The notes under the pieces were generated by a model. That model did no database searches. It worked only from the letters and a program-made list of their open reading frames with translations, and was not told the DNA's origin. This document shows, one piece after another, positions 63,590-64,000 of a stretch of 64,000 bases of DNA. This DNA comes from Octopus vulgaris. Its lineage: Eukaryota. How positions within the stretch are numbered: position 1 is the stretch's first letter; each line of letters begins with the position of its first letter. A program made the position numbers and the translations under genes. Location: NCBI GenBank assembly GCA_951406725.2, contig OX597831.1, forward strand, positions 45,136,001 to 45,200,000, in the 5' to 3' direction.

Positions 63590-64000
63590 GAGTAGGTAGA
63601 AACACCATAAGATGCACCCAGTGTAAGCTATGGACACATAAAAGGGGCAGTAATATCAAAGGAAGGCTAACTGGGAAGATAGTTTTTATGTGTGGCAAAT
63701 GTCAGGAGCAATAAACACTGAAAACGTGCAGAGAACAGCTTCCCTCACATTCCAAGGGAAAAAACTAGAAATAGTTGATAGCTTCTGTTACCTAGGCAAC
63801 CAAGTCAGTAGCTGGATGCTCTGAAAGTGTAGCTGCTAGAGTAAGGATAGCCTGGGCAAAGTTCAGAGGGTTCTTACCTCTGCTGATGACAAAGGGCCTC
63901 TCACTCAGAGTAAAAGGTAGACTGTATGACGCCTCTGTGTGAACAGCTATGCTACATGGCAGTGAAATATGGGCTGTGACTGCTGAGGACATGTGTAAGC
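63585..64000 (+). mobile_element. 5'-truncated RTE copy, decayed
   Basis: [20 protein letters not shown]...; homologous to about 51240-51660; starts at the (TA)n edge. Confidence 0.9.

Overview
Eukaryotic, AT-rich, repeat-dense animal DNA; the SINE, RTE and microsatellite landscape looks like an octopus (coleoid cephalopod) genome, which is an inference from repeat recognition. Almost all ORFs in the track are artefacts of (TA)n/(CA)n/(CAT)n microsatellites or SINEs. The one well-supported host gene is a divergent Rab11-family GTPase on the + strand, with four coding exons at 45880-45991, 53941-54024, 56279-56472 and 62370-62450. Its first exon was not located and its last lies beyond the window. 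A weaker candidate multi-exon gene lies on the - strand at about 33.1-37.8 kb. Mobile DNA includes a nearly intact RTE LINE with a PHD-like finger, Tx1/L1-like 5' and 3' fragments, an R4/Dong fragment, Penelope-like relics, mariner and maT relics, Helitron and Helentron-type non-autonomous elements, hAT and TTAA MITEs, and three SINE families. The most notable unexplained structure is a set of short non-coding elements carrying type I hammerhead-ribozyme motifs. Some are long fold-back palindromes, two with 12-bp target duplications; others are compact cassettes mostly next to (TA)n tracts with variant catalytic cores. All coordinates were read by eye; repeat boundaries are approximate.
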